NCBI RefSeq assembly: GCF_020745735.1
Contig: NC_083405.1
Coordinates: 72,258,345-72,322,344 of the forward strand
DNA: 64,000 nucleotides
From: Hemiscyllium ocellatum
Taxonomy: Eukaryota
Direction of reading: 5' to 3'
In this document: in pieces, positions 26,580-39,106 of the stretch
Layout: each line of letters begins with the position of its first letter
Numbering within the stretch: position 1 is the first letter of the stretch
Notes under the pieces: generated by a model
The model's input: the letters and a program-made list of their open reading frames with translations, nothing else
What the model was told of the DNA's origin: nothing
Databases searched by the model: none
Made by a program: the position numbers and the translations under genes

Positions 26580-26930
26580 ATGGCTGGAGAGGACTATGGT
26601 TTATGGAATGGGGTGGACAGTTGAGGGCTGAAGAAAATAGATTCAATTTTCTCAAAGTTTAATGGGAGAAAATTTTAAATAGGTTTCAATGTAGTCAGCC
26701 AATAAAATGGCAGTGGAGGGATGGAGAGAGATGGTGACAATGGGTCTGCATGCCATCAGTGTATGTGTGCAATTGACATGTCTTTGGACAATGTGTACTG
26801 AGTGGCAACATGTTGCTGAGCAACAGGAGTGTGCCAAAGATGAATTATTGGAAGCAACTCTGAAGAGAATGATGCAAGGGAGAGAAGAAGCTTTACTCGC
26901 AATAGTGGGAAAGTTATTGATGAAGTGTAG
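26580..26930 (-). mobile_element. Old L2 LINE RT fragment
   Basis: Degenerate LGPLLF..MLPL..IV..HVN..YTD motif region overlapping ORF 26652..27098. Confidence 0.55.
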
Positions 26931-26974
26931 CCTGTACATCACACTCAAACTTGTAAACACTGTTCTGAACTGAT

Positions 26975-27376
26975 AACAAGCCAGGGAACTATAGACCAGT
27001 GAGCCTGACATTTGTTGGAGGGAATCCTGAGGGATAGGACGTACATGTCTTTGGAAAAGCAAGGACTGATTTGGGATAGTCAACATGGCTTTATGCATGG
27101 GAAATCATGTCTCACAAACTTGATTGAGTTTTTTGAAGAAGTAACAAAATGGATTGATGAGGGCAGAGTGGTAAATGTGATCTATGTGGACTTCAGTAAG
27201 GCGTTTGACAAGGTTCCATATGGGAGACTGGTAAGCAAGGTTAGGTCTCATGGAATACAGGGAGAACTTGCCATTTGGATACAGAACTGGCTCAAATGTA
27301 GAAGACAGGGGGTGGTGGTGGAGGGTTGGATTGAAGGGTCTGTTTTTGTGCTGTACATCTCTATGACTCCATGACT
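26975..27376 (+). mobile_element. Internally deleted CR1 (RT N-terminal part fused to the 3' tail)
   Basis: QHGFMHGKSCLTNLIEFFEEVT...YVDFSKAFDKVP in ORF 27012..27374, then directly gaagggtctgttt...ctctatgactccatgact. Confidence 0.85.
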
Positions 27377-27384
27377 TTAAGAGT

Positions 27385-27600
27385 GTGAACCTATAACTCT
27401 GACCTAATCTGAGCCCAAAATCATGAAGTGAACACGTTATCCCTGATCTAAGCCTATAACCCCAACCTAAGCCCAAATTCTGACCCAAGCCCATACATCG
27501 TCCCAAGCCTGCGCCCCTGACCGAGCCCAAATCTCTGACTTAAGCCTGTAGCCTTGACCACAGTCTATGTTCCTGACTCGAGTCTGTAACCTTGGTCTCA
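27385..27600. repeat. Degenerate 18-19 bp minisatellite, left part
   Basis: Units at 27535, 27554, 27573 and 27592; consensus approximately CTGACCYGAGCCTGTAACC. Confidence 0.75.
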
Positions 27601-27605
27601 TTAAC

Positions 27606-27970
27606 CATAAGACCAGAAGACATAAAAGCAGAAATTAGACTATTCAATCCATCGAGTCTGCTCCAACATTCAATTATGGCTAATAAATTTCTCATCCCCA
27701 TTCTCCTGCTTTCTCCCTGTAGCCATTCATCCCAATCAAGAACCTATCTATCTCAGTCTTAAATACACTAAATGACCTGACCTGCACAACTTTCTGTGGC
27801 AGTGAGTTCCATCGATTAAATACTCGCTGGCTGAAGAAGTTTCTCATTAGCTCCATTCTAAAAGGTCTTCCCTTTACTCTAAGGCTGTACCTTTGGGTCC
27901 TACTCTCTCCTAGCAATGGAAATAATTTCCCAAAGTCCACTTTATCCAGACCATTCAGCATTCTATGTTC
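27606..27970 (-). mobile_element. CR1 3' end
   Basis: ORF 27692..27973 RNFFSQRVFNRWNSLPQK; (cataagac) tail. Confidence 0.88.
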
Positions 27971-28124
27971 CATGTCCTAAAGGACACTGCTTCCAGACTG
28001 GGTCTGCAGCAGATGGTGAGGGACCAAACAAGAGGGAAAAGCATATTTGACCTCCTTCTTATCAATCTGGTAAAAGTGACCACTGCACAGTCCTTGTGGA
28101 GATAAAGTCCCATTTTGTAGTAAT

Positions 28125-28345
28125 TGTAACAAGGTCAGCCAGGTGAACTGTATAGAATATGAGTTCCCTGATTGGGGCTGTTAACCTAGTCCAATCAAGG
28201 AGCCCTGGCTGATAGATGTAAAGAAGAATGTCAGAGGGTCTGTTCACTCTGAGCACTGATTCTGAGGAAGCTGGATCAGTGTCCAGGTATCTCCATGTGT
28301 AAACAAAAAGTGATGTGATACCAGCCTGTGTGGAATTACTTTACA
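28125..28345 (+). mobile_element. Short solo LTR (Gypsy-like)
   Basis: TGTAA...TTACA inverted termini; interrupts the LINE. Confidence 0.6.
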
Positions 28346-28849
28346 TGTTCACATTGATAATACTTTACATTGTGTTGTGTAGTGGAATGGGACAGACTTC
28401 TAACAGATCTAGCAACTTAAAACTGGGCATCCAGGAGGTTCTGTGGGCCATCAACAGCCATAGAATTGTACTCCAGGACAATCAGCATCCTCATGGCCCA
28501 GTATGTCCCCTACTCAACCACTTACGATCAAGCTAGGAGATCAACCCTGGCTCAATGGAGAGTGCAGGAGGGCATGCCAGGAGCAGCACCACGCATACCT
28601 TAAGATTACATCAACCTGTTGAACCCACCAAACAGGACTACTAAACATAAGTGGGAAGTTAAAGACAGAAGTAAGTGATCTCACAACCAATTCTTTAGAT
28701 CGAAATTCTGCGTCCAGTCACATCCTGCTATAAGTGGCAGTGGACAGTTGAACAACTGGAGGTGGTGGCTCCTTAAATATCCCCATCCTTAGTGATAAGA
28801 GACTTCAACAAAGCAGTGTAAAAGACCAGGCTGAAGCATTCACAGCAAT

Positions 28850-29066
28850 CTGTGAATGGCTTATAGAATGCTGAATGGCCTGGACAATGTGGACCTTGGG
28901 AAGATATCTCCATTGGTAGGAGAGATTAGGACCCAAAGGCATGGCCTTAGAATAAAGGGATGGCCTTTTAGTATGGAGATAAGGAGAAACTTCTTCAGCC
29001 AGCGAGTGTTGAACCTATGGAACTCACTGCCACAAAAGGCTGCGCAGGTCAGGTCATTCAGTGTAT
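28850..29066 (+). mobile_element. CR1 ORF2 C-terminal fragment
   Basis: ORF 28856..29068 RRNFFSQRVLNLWNSLPQK. Confidence 0.85.
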
Positions 29067-29079
29067 GAGGTGATGACAG

Positions 29080-29385
29080 TCAGCTGATGACAGCATTTTT
29101 GTATAATGATAAAACCTTAAGTTATCTCAGGACTGTGACTTGAATGAAGTTCTGGGATTTACATATTAATCAATCGAAACCTGCAACCTCATTCTCAGTG
29201 ATTAAAGAGTTAACAACAGTCCAGATTTGTTCAATACATCGCATCAGTTGTATGTCATTCTGACCTTTTATTATAAATTCTGTTGTATGGTCCTGCCGCA
29301 CTGGCTGCCTGACAAAGGAACAGAGCTCTGAAAGCTTGTACTTCCAAATAAACCGTTGGACTATGTGTTGTGTGATTTTTAACCA
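29080..29385 (+). mobile_element. PLE family B 3' fragment
   Basis: Ends gaaagcttgtacttccaaataaacc...tgtgtgatttttaac. Confidence 0.8.
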
Positions 29386-30104
29386 TCTTCAAAAAGACTT
29401 TCAGTGGCATTACCATCACTGAATTCTCCCCTTCTTAACATCCTAGGGGTTACCATTTATCAGAGACTGAACTGGATTTATGACACAGACACAGTGAATA
29501 CAATAGCATGTCAAAAGATAGACGACTCCATTGAGTAAGTTTCACCTCCTGAAACCTCAAAGCCTGTTCCCGATCTACAAGGCTCAAGTCAGGAATGTAA
29601 TAGAATAGTTCCCACTTGACTAGAGAAGTACAGCTCTAACAACACTCAAGAAGCTTAATATCATGCAGAAAAAAAAAGGCACTTGACCAGTACAACATCA
29701 ACAAACAATCACTCCCTCCACGACCAGTGCTCAGCAGCAGCAGTGTGTACTGTCCACAAAGTGAAATGTAGAAATTCGGTAAAGATCCTTAGAAAGCATC
29801 TTTTAATCCATGACCACCATCACCCTGAAGGACAAGTGCAGCAAATACCTAGAAACCACCATTTACAAGTTCCTATTCAAACCACTTACCATCCTGATTT
29901 GGAAATATATTTCTTGTTCTTTCAGTGATGTGAGGTCAAAATCCGAGAATTCCCATCCTAAATGCATTGTGGATCTATTTATAGCAAATGGACTGCAGTA
30001 GTTTAAGAGAGAACTCACAACCATTTTGTCAAGGTCAACTAGGGATGGTTAATAAGATGCAGGTGCAGGCAGCTACACCTACGTTCTGTGAATGAATTTT
30101 AAAA

Positions 30105-30850
30105 CCCAATCTGAACTTCTATATCCCCACCCAGATCCATATCTCTAACACAATCCCATATCCCCAAGTTAGATCTGTACCCTCAATCCAAGGTCAACTA
30201 TACTGCAGGTCACAGCCGTGAACTCTCCTCTAACCTGACACAAGTCTGAATCCCGACCCAAGCTCATTATCCTAGTGCAAACCTGTAATTCCCAACTGAG
30301 CCTATTGGTCCAAATCAAGGCTGTTTCCCTCACACAAGCCTGCACCTTCAATTCAAGTTTTAAATCATCTCCCAAGCTCATAACCCTGGATTGGAACACA
30401 TATACATGATCAAACCCAAACTTGCAACCTCACTTATGCTTGTGTCTTTGACCCAAGGTTACAAACCAACTCGAGCCCATTCGCCAATCTCAGGGTGTAC
30501 CCCTATGCAAGTCGATATCCTGACTCAAATTTGTACCCTCAACAAAGCTCTTAACCATGTCTCAAGCTCATGACCCTGAAGTATAACTCTCACCCTGGTC
30601 ATGACCTGAGCCTGAGCCGATTGTCTAACCTAAGCTCATAATTATGACCTGAGCCTTAACCCTGAACTGAGTTCATAACTTCAGTTCAAGCTTGTAACCC
30701 CATCTTAAGGCCCTAAACCTGACCTGAACCTCAGAGTCCAAGCTTGTAACCACAATATAAGTTAGCACCATGACTTTAGCTGGTAATGCTTGATCAAAGG
30801 CTGTGCCCTGACTCCAATGTGTAACGATGAACCAGGTCTGTAATCCTCAT
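30105..30850. repeat. Degenerate 18-19 bp minisatellite, right part
   Basis: Units at 30625, 30644, 30662, 30681 and 30700; same consensus as 27385-27600. Confidence 0.75.
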
Positions 30851-30969
30851 ATCTAAACATGAGTCTCTATCCTGCAAGACTATATCTGATTGTCCACAGG
30901 AAGAGAAAAATATGAGGATGATAAAATAATGTCAACACCAACTCGTCAGATATTCATAAATTTATAAAA

Positions 30970-31505
30970 TTCATAAAATATAGGAGCCACTCCATCATGG
31001 CTGATGTGCTCCTCATGCCTATTTTCAAGCCTTCTCTCCATTACCTTTCAATCCATTACCAATGAGTCTGTCTAACTCATCCTTAAATTTACTCACTGTC
31101 CCAGCATCCACTGCACTTTGTGGTAACAAATTCCACAGGTTCACAACCCTTTGTGAGAAGTAGTTTCACCTCAACTCTAATTTAAATTTGCTACTCCTTA
31201 TCCTAAGGCTATGATCTCTTGTCCTAGAGTGCTCCACAAAAGGAAGCATCCATTCTACATCTATTTTATCTGTACTTTTTATCATCTTGAATACCTCAAT
31301 TAGATATCCTCTCAGTCTTCTAAATTCCAGAGAGTGTGGGCCTAAACTGTTCAGCCTCTTTTCATACACCTCTCAGCACTGGGATCAATCTAGTGAATCT
31401 CTTCCAAACCGCCTCCAATGCCAACTTAAAAAAAGGGGACCAAAACTGTGCACAAAACTCCAGGTGCAGTCTCACCAATGCCTTATACAGGATCAACTAT
31501 ACTTC
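30970..31505 (-). mobile_element. CR1 3' fragment
   Basis: ORF 31166..31369 SLEFRRLRGYLIEVFKMIK. Confidence 0.85.
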
Positions 31506-31729
31506 CTTAACTTTTCATTTTTTTCTTCATTTATGAAACTCTTTTAAAAGATTCCATAATAAATCTGTAAAGAATCTCTCGGGAAGGGTGCAGTTAGGAG
31601 TTAATTTACATAGTTTATATGAAGATTTACAAGTTTTATATGTTAGAGATATGACTTCTTGTATTCATATAATTACAAGTCATTGCTATAATATGATGCT
31701 TATAATGTGATCATGGTTAATTTACTTAC

Positions 31730-31886
31730 CACTGTTTGGCATCAGCATCACAGTTGCAGTAATACTTTGGATTGGTGCAATTTCGCTCAATCCCACATGC
31801 ACACTTCTGTATTCCAGGGCCAGAACCTCCCCAATAATAATGCTTATCATTTCCTCTTCCTATCCACCAAGTATATGGATTTCCAG
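31730..31886 (-). CDS. CNTNAP2: CNTNAP2 (Caspr2) internal coding exon, equivalent to exon 14, fibrinogen-like domain
   Basis: Minus strand reads ttttatttgcAG|CTGGAAATCCA...AAACAGTG|GTaagta. The 157-bp exon translates [51 protein letters not shown](W), nearly identical to the remembered mammalian Caspr2 segment [52 protein letters not shown]. Not present in the ORF track. Confidence 0.96.
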
Positions 31887-34467
31887 CTGCAAATAAAACA
31901 TAGCAGACACACTTAATAAATTTTGATAATTGACTGTCAAAACCTGAAATATCTGTAAGAGTTTTACTGCGATAGTACCAGAGATAATAATTGTTTTTGC
32001 AAAGCTGAAATCAAAATTTGACTCCATAGTTATCATGTTACATTCATTGAAAGCAAATACTTTGCATTATATGTGTCCTGTACCATAGAAATGGACAAAT
32101 GCAACATTAACAGGCTGAGTGACAAAATGCAAGTTATTAAGAGATATACAACAAGTACTTGGACAGAGGATTGCAAGATTATACATAATTGATGAGTTAG
32201 GATGCTTTGGAAATCTCTTGCCCCAAAAGAATTTTGAGGTTTGAGCAATTTGAAATTTTAAGATGGAGTTTTCTAGATTTTTCTTGGGCAAAGGATAAAG
32301 GATTGTAGAAGACATGTGAAAGGAGTTAAAATTTAATCTAACATAATGATTGAACAGACTTGAGAGGCCATATGACATGCTTTGATTTGAAGGTTAAGAA
32401 TTAAAATAAACTTTTCTCAAACCATGTTCAGAGCCATTTTAGAGTTCATTTTTCTTCTTTAGTCTATGCAGATTTGAAAGTTTTGGAAGTATTTGGAATA
32501 TGGATACAATCATATGTTAGGAAGTGAGGCCTTATTGCACAGATGGTAAAAATGGTGGGGTATTTAAAAATAGGCGATACAACTTGGCTATTAACTGAGA
32601 ATTGCATAGCGATAGCATGGCTAAATATAACTGAAGAATCAAAAATGTGAACCATTTTCAGCCATTAAGAAAGAATGTGCGTCACACCTTGTGAAATGGG
32701 AATTGCCAGACTGGTCGTGGAGGTCATGTCACAAAAGCCCGGAAAATACCTGCCTCAATACAAGGAGATCTACCTTGACTCAACTACCTCCTATGTCAAT
32801 GGATTTGAGGCAGAAAAGACTCGTAACCCATAAAGTTATCACATAAGCACCAGATCTGAGCTAAAGAACAGCGAATATGCTTCATCGTACCTTCATTACA
32901 CTGGAATACAGCTAATGTTACAGCAGGAATATGTATGAAAGGTTCACAGAGATATGAACTTGTTCACACAAGTATGTTTCCATCTCACCCAGTTGTGTTC
33001 AGAAACCTCAGTAATCTGAGAAAAAGTGAACTCAGCGCTTTTTCCAATATCACCGCGTAACTACATGAATCACAAATGCAACTCTATATTATAGATAAGA
33101 TGTAACAGGTCTCATCAATACGGTATTGCTGGGACAAATGATTTGGAGGGAATCACAGACTTTTTAACATTACTGTCATGTGAGAGCAAATTTCTATTAC
33201 AAAAGAGACTCAGGTAAGGTGTAAAACAGGCTTTTGATTTGCTATCATACATTTTTAATTGATTATAAAAGTTGACTTTACTCCAAATGTGGTTGTGCAT
33301 CTTTGGCACACTCACTTCAGAAGCATCACATTTGGTGGACTATGTCAGGAGCAGACATCATAGATCAAATGGGAACAACAAAAAGGCTGGCAATGCTCAG
33401 CATGAAATGAAAATGACACTGACATAGGTCTACGAGATGTTGCAATGCTCTTTTCAAATGTTTGCATTTTCTTGTGACAATAAATTACTTGCTTGAGCTA
33501 TTATATTACAGAAGTTCAATAGAACTATAGAGTAAGAAAGCCACAAGAAGGACCGTGTACATGTATTGATACATTGAATTTCAGTTTGTGATTGACAGCT
33601 TCATTTCCCCATTTGAAGGGTCCAATCTGTAATCCTCAAGTCATGCACCAATGTTATATGAACAATAATTTTCTTGTCAGGATTTAAAACTATTGCTGCA
33701 CATATGAAATGCATGTCAACAGCTCACCAGCTCAAAGAACTGTCTCTGCTGGGATTGAAATAATAAAATCTATCAACCTTCTTTCAAATCTTTGAACTTC
33801 TTGCAATAAAAGAAAATACAAATCTAAATGTGATGAAAGATAGCAATAAAAATCTTTTCTCTCTTTCAAATGATACAGGACTGTGATTGACTAGCTTTTC
33901 TGTAAAATATTTAATTCATGTGTATTTGCCACTGAATTTAGTGCCACTAACAATAATCTGTTCCTCGTAACTGTTTGTCATATGATATCAAGTTATAATT
34001 GTAAATATTGCATTCAGATTATATACTATAAATTGTCAAACTTCCCATTACAGGCCCAATAGTCATATCTCACGTGTTAAGCAGTAGAACTTTGTAAAAT
34101 AACTGACTGATGCCATTTGCTTAATACAACCATCTCAGAGTCTCATTGCTCATGAGGAAGAAGCCATGGCCTAGTTTATTGACGGTAGTTTTACTGTATT
34201 TATCTGTTTTAAAGGGAAGCCCTTCTTTGGAACAGAAGATATTTATATGATAATTTGCTTAATGACATTTGCAGAGTATAGATCTATCTTGTCAATTCAG
34301 TTCCAGTCACCTTTCCAACTCATTTGCAATGAACTGTTTCACTGATAACCTCCTTTTTGCCTGTTACCGGTCATGCTGACAGAATGAATGGATTATTAGA
34401 TAAACTGACCTGCTGCTTATTATTCCACTTTATATTCGCTAACTGTCTTTCAGATGAAACTGGCTTA

Positions 34468-35005
34468 GAGTATAGAGTCTGACAGAATGGAGACAAGCCC
34501 TTTGGCCCAAACTGGTCCATGCGACCAAAATGTCCATCCACGCTAACCCCATGTCCCTGCACTTGGCCCATATCCTTCTAAACCTTTCCTGTCCATATAT
34601 TTGGCCAAACACCTTTTAAATGTTGTCACTTTACTCTTCACAACCACTTCTGCTGGCAGCTCATTCCATATGCATACTGCCCTCTGTGTAAAAAAGTTGC
34701 CTCTCAGGTTGCCCTTTATTCTTTTCCCACTAACTTTAAACTGATGCCCTCCAATCCTTCATTCTCCAACTTTGGGAAAAAGACTGAGTGTATTCACCTT
34801 AGTCATGCCTCTCATGGTCTTGCACATTTCTGTAAGATACCCCCGCTTAGTCTCCTATGCGCTAAAGAAAAAAAGTCTTAGCTTGTCCAACCTCTCCCTA
34901 TAACTCAGACCCTTGACTCCTGGCAACATCCCTGTAAACTTCTTCTGCACTCTTCCCAGTTTAATAACATCCTTCCTACAGCAAGGTGACCAAAACTGAA
35001 CACAA
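34468..35005 (-). mobile_element. CR1 3' fragment
   Basis: Typical CR1 3' UTR and ORF2 end, similar to 11107-11538 in opposite orientation. Confidence 0.88.
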
Positions 35006-35143
35006 CTTCATATGGATATCTGTTAGCCAATGTCAAAGTAATTTACATTTCAAGTTATGGAAATGTAAGGTCTACTGATGAAATCAGATTCTCTTAGGTG
35101 TCCCTTTACACTGTATATGTAAGGTTAAGTTGTGAAGTTTACT

Positions 35144-37266
35144 ATGTTAGACAGAAAGAAAACTGCAGATGCTGGAATCCAAGGTAGACAAACAGGAAGC
35201 TGGAGGAACACAGCAAGTCAGGCAGTAGCAGGAGGTGGAGAAGTTGATGTTTCGGGTGTAACCCTTCTTCAGGACTGGAAAGGGGTAGTCTGTTTTCATT
35301 GCGTTTGGACGGGAAGGGGGATGGGGGGATGTGGGAGCATTTAGAGCAGTGGGAAGGGGAATGGAGGCGGTGCAATGGAGGGCTGTCTGGATGACAGAAG
35401 GAGGAAAAGTGTGTCATTTGAGATAGGAACATCTGGGATGCTTGGGAGTGGAATGTCTTCTCATCCTAGCAGATGTAGCAGAGGTGGAGGAATTGGGAGA
35501 ATGGGATGGTGTTCTTGTGGGATACTGAGTGGGAGGAGGTGTAGCCCAGGTAGTTATGGGAGTGTGTGGGTTTGTAGTAAACATCTATCTACCGGAGTTG
35601 GAAATAGAGAGGTTAAGAAAGGGGAGGGAGGTGTCCGAGGTGAACCAAGTGAATTTGAGGGTGAGGTGGAAGTTGTGGGCGAAATCAATGAACTGCTCCA
35701 GTTCAGCCTGGGGGCCGGAGGCTGCACCGATGCACTCATCGAGATCATGGTGGAAGAGTTGGGGCACAGTGTCTGTGTAGATGCTGAAGACTGGACAAAG
35801 GGGACTCTTCCTTTATTGTGTTTGGAGGGGGTGGGGTTTAGAGCAGTGGAACGTGGATTAGAGGTGGTGCAGCGGAGTGTTGTCAGAATGACAGAGGGAG
35901 GAAATGGACATTGGCCCCTTCAGTTTCTCCACCCTGTTCACCCAATCCAACCTCCCTCCGAATGTGCAGCACTCCACTTTCTCCGCACCAACCTCCGGTT
36001 CACCATCAAACCCACTGAAAAAGGGAGGGTGATAGTAGTCTGGAGAATGGACCTCTATGTCACAAAGGCTGAATGCCAATACTCCAACACCATGTCAAAC
36101 CTCCACCTTGCCCAAAACCCCAAGGTGACCTTCAGGCCAAAATCACTCGCACTGTCCGTGCCCTCATTTCTTTCAGTACTGTCCCCTTCACTGCCTCCAA
36201 ACTCATAGTCCCCCGGCCCTGCACTGCTGGGTCTACCTGCTCCCCAAGATCCACAAGACCAAATTCCCAGCCGACCCATCATTTTGGCATGCTCCTGCCC
36301 CATTGAACTCATGTTGTCCTACCTTGACACCATCCTTACCCCCTTGGTTCAGGCACTTCCCACCTACATTCACGCCATCAGCAGCGTCTCCCATCTCTTC
36401 AGTAACTTCCAATCCCCCGACCCCAAATGTCTTATTTTCACTATGGATGTGTAGCCTTATACATGTCCATACCCCACAAGGATGGCCCTCCACTTCTTCC
36501 TCTCAAACAGACCCATCCAGGCCCCCTCCACCAACACTTTCCTTTACCTTGCTGAACTGATCCTCCCCCTCAAAATAATTTCCTCTAACTCCACCCATTT
36601 CCTCCAAATACAGGGGTGACCATGGGCACCCGAATGGGCCCCAGCTATGTGTGCCTCTTTGTCGGCTATATTGAACAGTTCCTCTTCAGTACCTACACAG
36701 GCACTGTGTCCCAACTCTTCTGCCATTACATCGATGACTGCATCAGTGTAGCATCCTGCACCGAGGCTGAACTGGAGCAGTTCATCAACTTTGCCCACAA
36801 CTTGCACCTCACCCTGAAATTTACTTGGTCCAACTTGGACACCTCCCTTCTCTTTCTTGACCTCTCTATTTCTATTTCCAGCGACAGTCTCCAGACGGAC
36901 ATTTACTGCAAACCAACAGACTCCCATAACTACCTGGACTACACCTCCTCCTACCCAGTATCCTTCCCGTTCTCCCAATTCTACTGCCTCCACTGCATCT
37001 GCTTGGACATGGAGACATTTCACTCTCAAGCATCACTAGTGGCCAGTTATTTCGAAAAAATACTTTTCCTCCCTATTTCATCCAGACAGCCCTCCACTGC
37101 ACCACCTCCATTCCCCATTCCACTGCTCAAAACACCCTCCTCATATGCAATAAAGACAGAATCCCCCTTGTCCAGTCCTGAAGAAGGGTCACACCCAAAA
37201 CATCAACTTCTCCACCTCCTGATGATGCCTGGCTTGCTGTGTTCTTCCAGCCTCCTGCCTGTCTAC
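35144..37266. mobile_element. 2.1-kb inverted (head-to-head) non-autonomous Penelope-like element with RT remnants in both arms
   Basis: Plus arm ORF 36616..37413 MGTRMGPSY...YIDD...FLDL...KPTDSHNYLDYTSS; minus arm ORF 35585..35767 is homologous; hammerhead-like cores at 35245-35272 (-) and 37178-37204 (+); 13-bp TSD tgtgaagtttact at 35131-35143 and 37267-37279. Confidence 0.9.
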
Positions 37267-38214
37267 TGTGAAGTTTACTCTATCAATGTTTGCCATATGT
37301 TGAAAATAATCATAATAGGTACACTGCAGTTACGATGCACTGATTTTAAAAGTGTGAAGAAGATAAGGAAGAGGAACAGGAGTAGGCGATATGACTCCTT
37401 GGACCTGCTCTGACATTTCATAAGATCGTGGCTAATTGGATCATTGAAATCACAGAAAGTGTACAACACAGACGGATTTCACTCAGATCATGGTATCTGT
37501 CTTTTTGGCCTCAGCTTCATTTTTCTTTCTATTCCCATCACCTTTGAAGCAGCTTTGGTTCAAGAATCCATCCATCTCAGTCTGAATTTATGTAATGAAT
37601 CAGTCTTCACTCCTCTCTGCCAAAGATTCAACACTCTTTCAGTGAAGAAATCCCTCTTTGCATCTTAAAAATAAAGATTCATCAGATAAATCCTAATTTA
37701 AAACAATGTCCCATTGTTCAAACATATTCTCAGTATCTTCTCTGTAAAGTTTCTATGCAGGTCTATCTTATTTTCCTAAACTCAAGTAAGTAAAGGCTCA
37801 AACCATACCATTTTTTCCTCATAAAACACCTCCTTGCAGAGAACCTTTTCAGGAAAACTAAAACTATATGCAGTAGCCTGGATATGGACTGAAGTGTCCT
37901 GTTTAGTTAAAGCAAGACTTCCCTTCTTCTATAGTCTATCCTTCTTGGAATAAACAAGTATTTGCCTTCCAAACCACTTGTCAAATCTGCATCCTTATCT
38001 TTTGTCATTCATGTGCATAGACTGCCAGATTTCTGCCTAGAACAACATTCTGTAGCCTGTCTCAATTTAAATGTTATTTTTCTTTTTCAATTTTCATACC
38101 AAAATAGATAATTTCACATTTTCCAAATTTGTCAACTGTGTTGCCCACTTGTTTATCATATCCATGTTTCTTGGTAATCATCCTGACTACTTGCTTTCCC
38201 GCATATCTTTGTAT

Positions 38215-39106
38215 TGTTAAAACGGGGGCAGGAATGAAATGATGACACTCTTTTTAACACTCTTTCAATTTTTCTTAAGAAATAGCTTTAATTTTTTCGA
38301 ACATGTAACCATATCACACTTCAACTAGAACATCATACTTCTCAAAATTAAGGAACCAATTACAAGCTTTTATTGAGTGGAAAAAAATAAGAATTTTATT
38401 ACTTACTATCTTAAAGTAAAATTATAGCATGTGATATCTATCCCACAAAAGAAAGGTGTAATGTTTAGTGAAAGGGTGAATGTCAAAGATTATCGAAAGT
38501 AAAGAATATAAGTTTAAAACATTTTTAAGAGTCCTTGAGATGTTGTAACCTAAGGCCTCAATTGCTTGATGGATATCTTATGTTCAACAACAGTGAAATC
38601 TGTAAATATTCTTGAGTTCTCAGTGAATAGCTCTTTATCCAATTTATTTTATCACTGGGCAATGTTTATCAAGAGGCTACTTGATCTAGGCAGGGAGAAG
38701 TAGAGAGTTTTCCGGTTCTGTCTTACAAATCCTTTTCTCAGCTCCTCTGTTAAGCATTATGGAACTATAGTTTGTTTTTTTTCCCCCAAGTCTGGCTCAA
38801 TTGTCCATTGAGCTGGATTAAGCATGTAACTATTTCATGCCTAATATGTGTAATTTCTCATACAAGTATAAATGAAATCATGTCCTCCATGTCTTTAAGA
38901 AAATATGGCAATTTTATTTAGATAATTTTGTTTCTTCCACATTGGTTTCCTGAACTTGCCTTAATCTCTTTCAGGTGATTGTTATAGCCACTTTAAATCC
39001 ATGTTTCTTCCTTTTAAAAATCATCTTAGTTCATAACAGTCTAAGTTATTAAAATTAGATGGTCAAAGTTTAAATTAATATTCTGTATTTTACTACTATT
39101 ATGCTA
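38215..39106. mobile_element. Probable solo LTR inserted in CR1
   Basis: Starts TGTTA, with TAACA at 39034-39038; gtat is repeated at 38211-38214 and 39107-39110 where CR1 resumes; right end ambiguous. Confidence 0.45.

Larger units (their letters stand above)
27975..30095 (+). mobile_element. Decayed L2/Crack-type LINE hosting nested inserts
   Basis: SDHCTVL, DQPWLNGEC, LNILGVTI and IYKAQVRNV segments; tail agggatgg...gtgaatgaat. Confidence 0.75.
20650..31729 (-). other. CNTNAP2: CNTNAP2 intron between the two exons (11,080 bp, GT-AG, phase 2)
   Basis: Bounded by GTAAGT donor at 31729 and polypyrimidine tract/AG at 20650; the reading frame joins correctly. Confidence 0.92.

Noticed and set aside
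35375-36208. 277-aa ORF
   Set aside because: Chimeric read-through across the inversion junction of the PLE; not a gene.
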